The notes under the pieces are model-generated. The model was not told the DNA's origin, made no database searches, and saw nothing but the letters and a program-made list of their open reading frames with translations. Position numbers and translations under genes: made by a program. Below are positions 33,923-42,688 of a DNA stretch of 64,000 bases, in pieces. Origin of the DNA: an uncultured Clostridia bacterium (GTDB lineage: Bacteria > Bacillota > Clostridia > Christensenellales > UBA1242); contig CALVJJ010000004.1 of the NCBI GenBank assembly GCA_944332185.1, forward strand, positions 5,768 to 69,767, in the 5' to 3' direction. Each line of letters opens with the position of its first letter. Position 1 is the stretch's first letter.

Positions 33923-34520
33923 CTCCTGTTTCAATCGGTATCTGGACATAGCCTTGTCCTTTATGACAGAGTGGACACTCTGTCCATGCTTTTTTATCTG
34001 TGTGCTCAAAACCACATTCATTACATTTCCATTTTTGTGCAGTCTTACTAACATACAATTTGTTTTTCTTTAGTTTGTCATGAATTTGTTTGATGAGCAA
34101 ATGATGACAATTTTCTACTGTGGCGATCAGCCTAAAAGTATGTGCAATTTCAGGGTATCCTTCTTGTTCGGCAATATCGGCAAAGGCTGGATAAATATCT
34201 TGACTTTCTCCTTTTTCATATTCTAAAGAATGTTTTAAGTTGTCCACAAGTTCTCCACAAGGGAAAGGGTATCCGGCTTCTATATCAACATTGACAAATC
34301 CACTACTTGTATTGGCTGTAATATGATGATATACTTCTTTTGCATGAGCCATTTCATTTTTTGCGATTGTTTTTAATAGCGTCTCTATATAACTATATCC
34401 TTCTTGATTGGCTTTTTGTGCAATCATTTGGTATCGAGCTCCTTCCATACATTCACCAGCAAATGTACGTGCAAGATTTTTGATTGTTTGACTTTTTTCA
34501 AATTCTTTTTTTTCTACCAT
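33918..34520 (-). CDS. rbr: rubrerythrin
   Basis: Diiron four-helix motifs (FAGECMEGARYQ, NEMAHAKE, EYE, VENCHH) plus a C-terminal rubredoxin-like CNECG...CPLC. Confidence 0.9.
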   Translation of the reverse strand: MVEKKEFEKSQTIKNLARTFAGECMEGARYQMIAQKANQEGYSYIETLLKTIAKNEMAHAKEVYHHITANTSSGFVNVDIEAGYPFPCGELVDNLKHSLEYEKGESQDIYPAFADIAEQEGYPEIAHTFRLIATVENCHHLLIKQIHDKLKKNKLYVSKTAQKWKCNECGFEHTDKKAWTECPLCHKGQGYVQIPIETGE

Positions 34521-34533
34521 AATGTTCTCCTTT

Positions 34534-34545
34534 TTCTAATTAGAA
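34534..34545. promoter_or_regulatory. 12-bp perfect palindrome TTCTAATTAGAA next to the rubrerythrin RBS
   Basis: It lies between the likely promoter and the AAAGGAGA RBS of rbr. It could be an operator for a peroxide- or redox-responsive repressor, but the regulator is unknown. Confidence 0.3.
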
Positions 34546-34742
34546 TATGGACCTTTTGTGTGCTATTTATACTTTTTTAAAAAAATTTTTACGATCAAAA
34601 AATAGCAGTCTATTTTATTGACTTTATAACTAGTAAAAGGCAAGAAAGAAAAAGTATTGTTTTTTATAAAAACATAGTTGAATATTTGCTAAAATGCTCC
34701 TTTTGTAGTATACTACTATTAGAAAATATATGTAGGTAAAAA

Positions 34743-35435
34743 ATGGAAAACAAAAAGATAAAATTTTTATCCCACTGTTATTTACTCACAAAACCAAAGA
34801 ATGATTTGAGTCGTGTTCTAGATAAAAAAGGTTTTGTGTCCTTTTTTGTGCGTGAAGATCAAGAAAAAGAAAAAATTATGAAAACCTACTATGATGCACA
34901 AGGATTCTTTAATCGATATGGTATTCGTATTAGTATCGTTATTTCTTCCAAACTCAATTATGCACAACTTGTGGTGCGTTTGGAAAGTCAAGTAGAAAGA
35001 CTAAAATTTTTACAAGATATGCCAGATAAATTTGTGAAAAAAATATCTCCTAAAGATAGTATTTCCAAATATTATTCTTATATCACTGACTGTGTGAATG
35101 ATATGTATCCTAATGGATTCAATACCAATGTGGCAAGTTTTGTGTCTATGTTACGTCCTATTATGACAGTAGTCAAAAAGAATGAAAAAATACGATTGAT
35201 CAACAATCATGGGTTGAAATACTTTTTGTGTTATGGACCTGTAGAATATCAAAATAAAATGAATGGTAGCAAAGAAAAGAATTATCAATTAGAAGTAGTA
35301 TTAGATTATACAGACGATCTGCAAAAATACTACAATCTTATTCATCGCATTGAGATGCAAGTACCATCAATTTTAAAATTAAGTTCTAGTGATATTATGA
35401 ATGGATTGCAGTTCACACAATCTAATAAAAAATAA
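34743..35435 (+). CDS. hypothetical cytoplasmic protein (230 aa), weak CYTH/triphosphate-tunnel-like resemblance
   Basis: The ORF has its own terminator. The segment KTYYDAQGFFNRYGIRISIV...LVVRLE loosely resembles the CYTH Y-x-D...LR-x-R pattern. This is not a secure assignment. Confidence 0.3.
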   Translation: MENKKIKFLSHCYLLTKPKNDLSRVLDKKGFVSFFVREDQEKEKIMKTYYDAQGFFNRYGIRISIVISSKLNYAQLVVRLESQVERLKFLQDMPDKFVKKISPKDSISKYYSYITDCVNDMYPNGFNTNVASFVSMLRPIMTVVKKNEKIRLINNHGLKYFLCYGPVEYQNKMNGSKEKNYQLEVVLDYTDDLQKYYNLIHRIEMQVPSILKLSSSDIMNGLQFTQSNKK

Positions 35436-35469
35436 CAATCTTTGGATTTACAAAGATTGTTTGTTTTTT
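35434..35469 (+). terminator. rho-independent terminator
   Basis: AACAATCTTTG-gattta-CAAAGATTGTT followed by TGTTTTTTC. Confidence 0.8.
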
Positions 35470-35584
35470 CTTCTAATTATCATGGAATACTCATATATGT
35501 ATACTATACTAGCTATAAAAATGAGCATACTTGTAGACAAATACCTACAATTTGTGTATACTAAAATGGGAAAAAGGAGAAAGT

Positions 35585-36493
35585 ATGTCTACCAAAATAA
35601 AATGTTGGATTGTGATCGCTATCTGTATGGTCAGTCTGTTTTTTACAGGGTGTGCATCTATCAATTATACACGAGTGGTCTATGAAGATGGATCTATGAA
35701 AGATGTATACGAGATTACTTTTGATAGGCAAGTTTTATTAGAAACTTTTTTAGAAAATGGATATACCATCGAACAAGCAACAACATACATGAATACATTT
35801 TGTCAAAAAACGTATGAGATTGTCAAAGAATATGAAAATAAAGTTCGTATGAGTTATCAGTATGAATTATCACGTGCTGTCTTAACCGGACAAATAACAC
35901 CAGAAGAATATGAAGTATACGTGGATCAAATTCAATTCCTAACAGTTATGGATTCCGTTGGGTATGAATATGTTAGATACAGTCGTGTCTTTACAACGCC
36001 AGAAGTGGTTACGTTATATCAAGCCTTATATGATACAGGAGAAGATAGTGAAGATGATGGCTATGAGTTGGAAGATGGATTTTTCTTCTATCGCTATGCG
36101 ATTGAAGTAGAAAACTTTTATCAATCTCTAAAAGTAACCTTAGAGCAAGATCCCAATGTTTTTTCAATTACGTATGATCAAATTCTACAAGAATTTGGCA
36201 TGGGACTATTTACAGAAGCTGATCTAACAGTGACACAAGATTATATTTCTAGTGATAGTAGGCTTCATAGCAATGCTGATTATACAGCGCAGGAAAATGG
36301 CTATTATCTACAAGAATGGAATATTTCGACGAGCGAACCAACTGTTTTAAAATACTATTACTACATTGCGAATACTACGAATTGGTACTGGTTGTGTGTG
36401 GTTATTGGTGTGGGTGTTGTAGGATTGCTAGGTGTATATCTAGGGATATCTCATTATATGAAAAAGAAAAAAAGAGATGATAGGGTAAAGTAA
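35585..36493 (+). CDS. hypothetical lipoprotein with an additional C-terminal TM anchor
   Basis: The start is moved to ATG 35585, after AAAGGAGAAAG. The signal is MSTKIKCWIVIAICMVSLFFTG|C. The C-terminus has WYWLCVVIGVGVVGLLGVYLGI followed by KKKKRDDRVK. Confidence 0.6.
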   Translation: MSTKIKCWIVIAICMVSLFFTGCASINYTRVVYEDGSMKDVYEITFDRQVLLETFLENGYTIEQATTYMNTFCQKTYEIVKEYENKVRMSYQYELSRAVLTGQITPEEYEVYVDQIQFLTVMDSVGYEYVRYSRVFTTPEVVTLYQALYDTGEDSEDDGYELEDGFFFYRYAIEVENFYQSLKVTLEQDPNVFSITYDQILQEFGMGLFTEADLTVTQDYISSDSRLHSNADYTAQENGYYLQEWNISTSEPTVLKYYYYIANTTNWYWLCVVIGVGVVGLLGVYLGISHYMKKKKRDDRVK

Positions 36494-36514
36494 GTACCCT
36501 TCATCACTTTTTTT
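36476..36514 (+). terminator. terminator formed by the 3' end of the lipoprotein CDS
   Basis: GATGA-t-AGGGTA-aagtaag-TACCCTTCATC followed by ACTTTTTTT. Confidence 0.6.
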
Positions 36515-36908
36515 ATGGTTCACATTCTTCTTTTTCTTCTGCCGAGCTAAAGACTTGAATAGAAGGATCTAAGTAGGTCTTTTGTATGATATCTCTACTT
36601 TTTTGAAGAATATGGTAAACATACTCTATATCTTTATGAATCATCTGTGCTATGGTTCGATCGTTTTTAGGATAGCCATTATCAAAACCACATCGAAAAA
36701 TAGCAACTTGTAGATAGCTAGGATCTATTTTTTTTAATTGTTGTAAGACAGCAATGACTTGTCGCTTGGTATGGAAAGGCACTTTGAGATCAGGGTAAAA
36801 GGCTTTCACAAAAGCTTGATTAGGCGATACTACAGGAATATTGGTACGATAAACTTGATTCAAAATGCTAACTGTCTTTGGTGTAATATATAATTTTTTT
36901 AACTGCAT
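36513..36908 (-). CDS. hypothetical protein with a sigma-70 region-4-like HTH
   Basis: 131 aa. AIFRCGFDNGYPKNDRTIAQMIHKDIEYVYHILQKSRDIIQK resembles the region 4.2 pattern (lRfGl.dg...Tl.EIa...vs.erVrQi...A...L). Confidence 0.35.
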   Translation of the reverse strand: MQLKKLYITPKTVSILNQVYRTNIPVVSPNQAFVKAFYPDLKVPFHTKRQVIAVLQQLKKIDPSYLQVAIFRCGFDNGYPKNDRTIAQMIHKDIEYVYHILQKSRDIIQKTYLDPSIQVFSSAEEKEECEP

Positions 36909-37080
36909 AAATAACTCCTTTTAGTTATGTATATGCAAGTTAACCTCAAAAAGTATCTACTAAATAAGTCATAGGAGAGAATAGGTATCATCGTATAAGT
37001 ACGGATACAAATAACAATGTTTTTTATGCTTTGCGATTTTTAGCCAAGTAATTCTATATCAATTTCTTTATCAACACAAA

Positions 37081-37108
37081 CAAAAAAATCACCAAAAAAT
37101 TGGTGATT
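37081..37108 (-). terminator. rho-independent terminator of efp
   Basis: The minus strand reads AATCACCAA-tttt-TTGGTGATT-TTTTTTG, immediately after the stop. Confidence 0.8.
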
Positions 37109-37110
37109 GT

Positions 37111-37668
37111 TTATTTTACTCTACCGCTATATTCTCCTGTTCTGGTATCAATACGAATAATTTCATGATTCCCAATAAAAGAAGGTACTTTTACGGTAAT
37201 ACCTGTTTCTACTTTTGCAGGTTTGTATGTTGTTTTACTATCGCTACTAGAAGAGGCAGGTTCGGTATCTATGATTTCTAATTCTACAAAATTTTGAGGG
37301 GTAAGGGAAATGACTTTATCACGACAAAGATGCAACATCACAACATCATTTTCTTTCACATACCCAATTTCATTTTGAATGGTAGCATAATCCACGACTA
37401 CTTGTTCGTATGTTGTGGTGTCCATAAAATAATATAAACCATCATCGTGGTAAAGATATTGCATTTCTCTATGTTCTAATCTGGCTTCTTGTAAAACTTC
37501 ACCTGGTCCAAAGCGTCTTTCTTGTACTTGGCCTGTTTCAATATTTTTTAATGTAGTACGAATAATAGCTGCTAGTCTAGGTTGTGACACATGTTGTTTT
37601 TCCACAACTTGATACACGTTACCATCTAGTTCAAAGGTGGATCCTACTCTTAAATCACTTGCTGTCAT
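37111..37668 (-). CDS. efp: elongation factor P, Arg-tip variant
   Basis: 185 aa, alignable along its full length to EF-P (KOW-like N-domain, YLYHDDGLYYFMDTTTYEQ, IRIDTRTGEYSGRV). The loop reads HVSQPRLAAI where B. subtilis has [10 protein letters not shown]. Confidence 0.9.
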   Translation of the reverse strand: MTASDLRVGSTFELDGNVYQVVEKQHVSQPRLAAIIRTTLKNIETGQVQERRFGPGEVLQEARLEHREMQYLYHDDGLYYFMDTTTYEQVVVDYATIQNEIGYVKENDVVMLHLCRDKVISLTPQNFVELEIIDTEPASSSSDSKTTYKPAKVETGITVKVPSFIGNHEIIRIDTRTGEYSGRVK

Positions 37669-37676
37669 AGTTGCCC

Positions 37677-38063
37677 CTAAATTTGTAATTCACTATTGCC
37701 GACATTACGACGTTTTCTATCACGTTCGACACAATCTGCAATGATTTCATGCACTTTATATGGAGATTTGACTCTCAGAATTGTAAAATGATTGGTGGAA
37801 GCATCATTACAATAGACTTCAATATTGCCAACGCCAAAAATTTTATTTACAAAAGATTCAAACACGGTAAAGTCATCAATACGATATACTTGTGTTTCTT
37901 CAATATGTGTTGAGAACAATCCTTTTTCCACAAAAAGTTTGATCCATTTGCCAGGTTTTTCTACAATAGAGTAACAAGTAAAAGATAAAGGTAGCCCAAA
38001 ATATCTTTTTCTGTCTTTCCAAATAATTTTAACATCTTCACCGAATTTTCTTGTAGTTTTCAT
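37677..38063 (-). CDS. bacterial PH-domain (bPH_2/DUF304-like) protein
   Basis: 128 aa. The segment VYRIDDFTVFESFVNKIFGVGNIEVYCND...FTILRVKSPYKVHEII fits the YdbS/YdbT-type PH domain. It lies 8 nt upstream of efp. Confidence 0.55.
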   Translation of the reverse strand: MKTTRKFGEDVKIIWKDRKRYFGLPLSFTCYSIVEKPGKWIKLFVEKGLFSTHIEETQVYRIDDFTVFESFVNKIFGVGNIEVYCNDASTNHFTILRVKSPYKVHEIIADCVERDRKRRNVGNSELQI

Positions 38064-38093
38064 ATACTTTCTCCTTATTCTATGTATAGTATA

Positions 38094-38136
38094 ACAAAAA
38101 AATAGTCTAATGTAAATTTGATTAGACTATTTTTTA
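38094..38136. terminator. bidirectional terminator after the GT4 gene
   Basis: A7-AATAGTCTAAT-gtaaatttg-ATTAGACTATT-T5. A TTTACA-17-TATACT promoter for the PH-efp operon overlaps its 3' arm on the minus strand. Confidence 0.75.
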
Positions 38137-38180
38137 TAACTATTCTATGATTTTATGATGTGAGTAAGAACAACATATAT

Positions 38181-39347
38181 TTACGCATTTTTGATAGAGA
38201 TATTATGTTCTTTTTTCTCTTCATGTTCTTTGATAGCATCTTCAAACATATTGACCATTTTGTCAATACAAGATTCCAAATTAAATTGTTTTGCATATTG
38301 GATATATTCTTGACTGACTTGTTCTTTTTCTTGTGGGTGTTCTATCCAATATTCTATCTTATGTGCTAGGTCAGTCGTATTTCTTGCCTTAAATGTATTT
38401 TCTGGGTGCAAGGCAAAAAATTTTGTAGCAGATTTTTTGCTATTGGAGATCACAGGGACCAATCCACAAGTAATAGCTTCTAGACAACTAATAGCTTCGA
38501 TTTCTACATCAGCAGGGTGTACATATAGATCACAGTAATTGATGGTTTTGTTGAGTTCCTCTTTGTTGAAGAATTCAAATTTTGGTGGATTTGGAAGTTT
38601 TCTTCCCATTTTTTCTAGTTTTTCTTTTAGTGGACCACAACCAGCAAAAATAAGTTGGATTCTATCTTTATATTTGCATTTTGCCACTGCTTTAATAAGC
38701 AGATCATGTCGTTTTTCTCTACTATATCTACCAGAAAACAGAATACAAAATTTGTCTTGATATTCTACTGGTTTTTCTACTTCCATAGGATAAAAATCAC
38801 TAGATACCCCATTGGATATAACATATTTTTTTGACTTATATCCATGTTTTGTGAGTTCGTTGGCAATAAATTGTGTTGGACAATGAATATAATTGCTGTG
38901 TTTAAATAATTTGTTGTCCAAATAATGATATAGCCACGTATTGACTAATTTTGAATTTTGTAAATACAAATGTGTACTAATATTTTCTGGTTGCACATGG
39001 AAAGCAGTAGTGTAAGGAATATCTAGTTCGTTCAAAATTGGAATTGCGTGTTTTCCAAGAGCAAAAGGCATCATAATATGCACAAGATCTGCTCCTTCCA
39101 CAGCTTTTCTAATGACATCATTTTCTGCTACGGCAAGTGTCACGCCGTTTTTTGCTACATAAGTATCGAATGGTCCAAAACTTCTTTTCTTGGCAGTTAT
39201 ATATTTTTCTTTATCATCACTTTCAAATGTAGATAATACTTTGACTGTATGACCTCTTTCTTCTAGTCCTTTAATTAGTCTAGATGCAGTGATGGTTGTT
39301 CCGTTGTTTTCTTTTCCAAATACATCGCAAATAATGGTTATTTTCAT
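38181..39347 (-). CDS. GT4-family (GT-B) glycosyltransferase, diacylglycerol glycolipid-synthase-like
   Basis: 388 aa with an N-terminal MKITIICDVFGKENNGTT Rossmann start and an EX7E motif (EIEAISCLE). The glycolipid function is inferred by analogy only. Confidence 0.6.
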   Translation of the reverse strand: MKITIICDVFGKENNGTTITASRLIKGLEERGHTVKVLSTFESDDKEKYITAKKRSFGPFDTYVAKNGVTLAVAENDVIRKAVEGADLVHIMMPFALGKHAIPILNELDIPYTTAFHVQPENISTHLYLQNSKLVNTWLYHYLDNKLFKHSNYIHCPTQFIANELTKHGYKSKKYVISNGVSSDFYPMEVEKPVEYQDKFCILFSGRYSREKRHDLLIKAVAKCKYKDRIQLIFAGCGPLKEKLEKMGRKLPNPPKFEFFNKEELNKTINYCDLYVHPADVEIEAISCLEAITCGLVPVISNSKKSATKFFALHPENTFKARNTTDLAHKIEYWIEHPQEKEQVSQEYIQYAKQFNLESCIDKMVNMFEDAIKEHEEKKEHNISIKNA

Positions 39348-39580
39348 GTTTCCTCCCTAAAAATAGGCGAATATTTGTATTATTATTCTATCAAAAACAA
39401 ACTATAATGACAAATAGTTTTTCATAATATTCTATTTTTCTATCATTTTAGACAAAATTTTGTGAGCTAAACCTTATTTTAGGTAAAAATTGTAGGTTAC
39501 TTGATAAAAACAAGTAAAACAATTTGTATTTTTATCTTTTATTTGGTAGAATAAATGGAATATGAACTAAGGGAGAAAAT

Positions 39581-41161
39581 ATGATAACAGTTAATAATGT
39601 TCGTTTGCAATTTGGCAGCAGAGTGCTATTTGATGAAGTGAATTTAAAATTCACCAAAGGTAATTGTTATGGTGTTATTGGTGCCAATGGCGCAGGGAAA
39701 AGTACCTTTTTAAAATTACTTTCTGGGGAATTAGAACCAAATAAAGGGGAAATTGTTGTAGATAAAGGGGAAAGAATCAGTGTTTTACAACAAAACCAAA
39801 ATGCTTTTGATGATAAAACAGTCATTGATACAGTACTTGCTGGGCACAAACGATTGGTAGAGATTATGGCACAAAAAGATGCCTTATACAGTAAAGAAAA
39901 TTTTACCGAAGAAGATGGAATTCTGGCTGGAGAATTGGAAGCAGAGTTTATGGATCTAAATGGCTGGGAAGCAGAATCCGAAGCACAGAATTTACTCAAT
40001 GGTTTAGGCGTAAAAGAAGAAGATCAACACAAACTTATGAAAGATCTTGATGCAAAAACCAAAGTAAAAGTGTTACTGGCACAGAGTTTGTTTGGCAATC
40101 CTGATATTTTGATTCTAGATGAACCTACGAACAATCTTGATGCCAAGACGATTCGCTGGCTAGAAGATTATTTTTTGGATTTTGAAAACACAACCATTAT
40201 CGTAAGTCACAATAGACATTTTTTGAATAAAGTATGTACGCATATCTGTGATGTGGATTATGGAAAAATCAATATTTTTGTAGGGAACTACGATTTCTGG
40301 TACGAAACCAGCCAGTTGCTTCTTCGACAACAAAAAGAACAAAACAAAAAAGCAGAAGCTAGAGCAAAAGAATTGCAAGAATTTATTCAACGATTCTCAG
40401 CGAATGCTAGTAAGTCTAGACAAGCAACCAGCAGAAAAAAAGAATTGGAAAAGTTAACCATTGATGATATCAAACCAAGTCTTAGAAAATATCCTTATAT
40501 TGATTTTAAATTTGATAGAGAGATAGGTAATGATGTATTATTTGTGGAAAATCTAACGAAAAAAGGATATTTTGAGAATCTTACTTTTAAACTTAATAAA
40601 GGGGAAAAAATAGGATTTGTAGCAGATAATAGTAACGTACTGACAAAATTATTTGATATTCTTGCAGGTGTAGATACACCAGATAGTGGGTCTTTCCGTT
40701 GGGGACAGACGATTACTGTTAGTTATTTGCCACAAAACAACAATGCTTTTTTTGAACATTGTGATCTAAATCTAGTGGAATGGATTGGACAATGGAGTAA
40801 AGAGCATGATGAAACATTTTTACGTAGTTGGCTAGGAAGAATGTTGTTTTCTGGTCAAGAAGCATTGAAAAAGGCAAGTGTTTTGTCAGGTGGAGAAAAA
40901 GTCCGCTGTATGCTTGCTCGTATGATGCTCACAAGTGGTAATGTACTCATTATGGACGAACCAACCAACCACTTGGATCTAGAAAGTATTACAGCACTGA
41001 ATAAAGGCATGGTGAATTTTAAAGGAAGTATGCTATTTACCTCTGCAGACCAGGAAATTATGAATACGGTGGCAGATCGTATTATTGAGATCAAAAATGG
41101 ACAAAAAGTCTTTGATAGATCTATTCGTTATGATGATTATTTGGATCTTAAAAATGAATAG
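39581..41161 (+). CDS. ABC-F family ATPase (YbiT/YfmM-size class)
   Basis: 526 aa with two NBDs and no TM domain. NBD1 has Walker A GANGAGKST and Walker B ILILDEPTNNLD. NBD2 has signature LSGGEKVR and Walker B VLIMDEPTNHLD. A basic inter-domain linker (QQKEQNKKAEARAKELQEFI) joins them. Confidence 0.85.
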   Translation: MITVNNVRLQFGSRVLFDEVNLKFTKGNCYGVIGANGAGKSTFLKLLSGELEPNKGEIVVDKGERISVLQQNQNAFDDKTVIDTVLAGHKRLVEIMAQKDALYSKENFTEEDGILAGELEAEFMDLNGWEAESEAQNLLNGLGVKEEDQHKLMKDLDAKTKVKVLLAQSLFGNPDILILDEPTNNLDAKTIRWLEDYFLDFENTTIIVSHNRHFLNKVCTHICDVDYGKINIFVGNYDFWYETSQLLLRQQKEQNKKAEARAKELQEFIQRFSANASKSRQATSRKKELEKLTIDDIKPSLRKYPYIDFKFDREIGNDVLFVENLTKKGYFENLTFKLNKGEKIGFVADNSNVLTKLFDILAGVDTPDSGSFRWGQTITVSYLPQNNNAFFEHCDLNLVEWIGQWSKEHDETFLRSWLGRMLFSGQEALKKASVLSGGEKVRCMLARMMLTSGNVLIMDEPTNHLDLESITALNKGMVNFKGSMLFTSADQEIMNTVADRIIEIKNGQKVFDRSIRYDDYLDLKNE

Positions 41162-41185
41162 GAATCAGGTGATAAAGGGAGAATC

Positions 41186-41797
41186 ATGATAACAATTACT
41201 TGTTTACAAAAAGGAGATTTTTGCTCTAATACCTATGTAGTAGAAAATGAAAAAGGTAGTATCATCATAGATGCAGGAGTGCCTGTAGAAGATATTTTGC
41301 ACACAACAAAAAAACCAATTATGGCAATTCTTATCACACATGCGCATTTTGATCATATTTGGTATCTAAAAGAGTATGATCAAGCTTTTCATTGTCCTAT
41401 CTATATGTCTTATGTGGCATACGAAAAAATGAGTGATCCAGAAAAAAATTTGTCTAGACAATTTTGTGAAAAAGATTTTGCTTGGAATATTCCCAAAGAT
41501 CATGTGCAATATGTAGAAAACCAAACCTTTGAACTTTTACAAGAGCCAATAGAATGCATGATGGTACCAGGACATAGTGATTGCTCTATATGTTACTTCA
41601 TAGATGGGGTATGTTTTTGTGGGGATCTTTTATTTGAAAATGGTATAGGTAGAACAGACTTTGCCGATGGAAATATTGTCAAACTATACCGTTCCATGAA
41701 AAAAGTATTAGAAAAACCGGTGAAACAATTTTATCCGGGGCATGGACCATCTTTTACAAAATTAGCCTTCGAAACTATGGTTAGCAAAAGAAGGTGA
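41186..41797 (+). CDS. MBL-fold metallo-hydrolase
   Basis: HxHxDH motif (ITHAHFDHIW) with downstream His/Asp ligands (PGHSD, CGDLLF, PGHG). 203 aa. Confidence 0.8.
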   Translation: MITITCLQKGDFCSNTYVVENEKGSIIIDAGVPVEDILHTTKKPIMAILITHAHFDHIWYLKEYDQAFHCPIYMSYVAYEKMSDPEKNLSRQFCEKDFAWNIPKDHVQYVENQTFELLQEPIECMMVPGHSDCSICYFIDGVCFCGDLLFENGIGRTDFADGNIVKLYRSMKKVLEKPVKQFYPGHGPSFTKLAFETMVSKRR

Positions 41798-41799
41798 TC

Positions 41800-42636
41800 A
41801 TGAATAAAAAAATACAAGAGAGACAAAAACAGTATGAACAATTAGAAAAAGAAGGTAGGCTTGATGCGCATGTGAGAGATGTGGATCATTTGCAAGCAGA
41901 GCCATTATCAGAAGAATATCAGTTTATTCCAAGATTTTTCCTAACAAAATGGATTTATGCTGTGATTTGGTATATTGCCGTATTCTTGATAGCTCCTATT
42001 GTGACCTTTGTGTTATATGGTGTTAGAATCAAAGGTAGACGTAATTTAAAACATTTAAAAACGGGAGCTATTAGTATTTGCAATCACTGTGTGGATATGG
42101 ACGTCGTATTCGTAGCACAAAGTTTAATGCCTAAAAAGGTATACTATACGACATTAGAAAGTAATATGCGCTTGCCTATTATAGGACATATTATCAAAGC
42201 ATTTGGGGGATTGCCAATTTGCTCTAGACCAAGTATGCAAGTAGAATTCAATCGAACAGTGGCAGAACTAGTCAGCAAAAGAAAAATTGTACATTTTATG
42301 CCGGAAGGAAGCCTTTGGGCTTATTATGATAAAATAAGACCTTTTAAAAAAGGAGCATTTTATTATGCTGTACAAAATCAAGTTCCAATTTTGCCAATTT
42401 GTATCAATTTTAGACAACCAAGAAAATGGCAAACTTTTTTTGGCATACGAGCCCAACTTGTGACGGTTCATATTGGAAAACCTATTTTTGCTGATCCTGA
42501 TTTGCATAAAAAAGACCAAATCGAACAACTACGAGTTCGTAGCCAACATATTATGGAAAGAATGCATGAGAACTTTAAATTAGTGGACAAATCTCATGTG
42601 CAACAGGAAGAACAAAAAGAACAAGATAAAATCTAA
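41800..42636 (+). CDS. lysophospholipid (1-acyl-sn-glycerol-3-phosphate) acyltransferase, PlsC-like
   Basis: HX4D motif (NHCVDMD) and PEG block (FMPEGSLW), plus N-terminal TM helices. ATG 41800 is preferred (GAAGG lies 5 nt upstream); the track's GTG at 41794 overlaps the MBL stop. Confidence 0.75.
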   Translation: MNKKIQERQKQYEQLEKEGRLDAHVRDVDHLQAEPLSEEYQFIPRFFLTKWIYAVIWYIAVFLIAPIVTFVLYGVRIKGRRNLKHLKTGAISICNHCVDMDVVFVAQSLMPKKVYYTTLESNMRLPIIGHIIKAFGGLPICSRPSMQVEFNRTVAELVSKRKIVHFMPEGSLWAYYDKIRPFKKGAFYYAVQNQVPILPICINFRQPRKWQTFFGIRAQLVTVHIGKPIFADPDLHKKDQIEQLRVRSQHIMERMHENFKLVDKSHVQQEEQKEQDKI

Positions 42637-42653
42637 AAATAAAATGAAATATC

Positions 42654-42682
42654 TTGACAAATTACACAAGAAAGAATATAAT
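42654..42682 (+). promoter_or_regulatory. consensus sigma-A promoter of the pheST leader
   Basis: TTGACA (42654-42659), 17-nt spacer, TATAAT (42677-42682). Confidence 0.8.
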
Positions 42683-42688
42683 AAAGCC

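Noticed and set aside
35532-35549. TGTAG-ACAAATAC-CTACA in the promoter of the dual-anchored lipoprotein gene, as a third site for the XRE regulator.
   Set aside because: The half-sites match, but the spacer is 8 nt rather than 6. That would rotate the half-sites by roughly 70 degrees. A 5+5 match is plausible by chance in AT-rich DNA. It is kept only as a note.
38181-39347. The glycosyltransferase two genes upstream of the Arg-type efp as a possible EarP-like EF-P arginine glycosylase.
   Set aside because: It has the GT4 EX7E signature and overall similarity to retaining diacylglycerol or lipid glycosyltransferases. EarP is an inverting enzyme of a different family. A strong terminator (38094-38136) separates this gene from the PH-efp operon.
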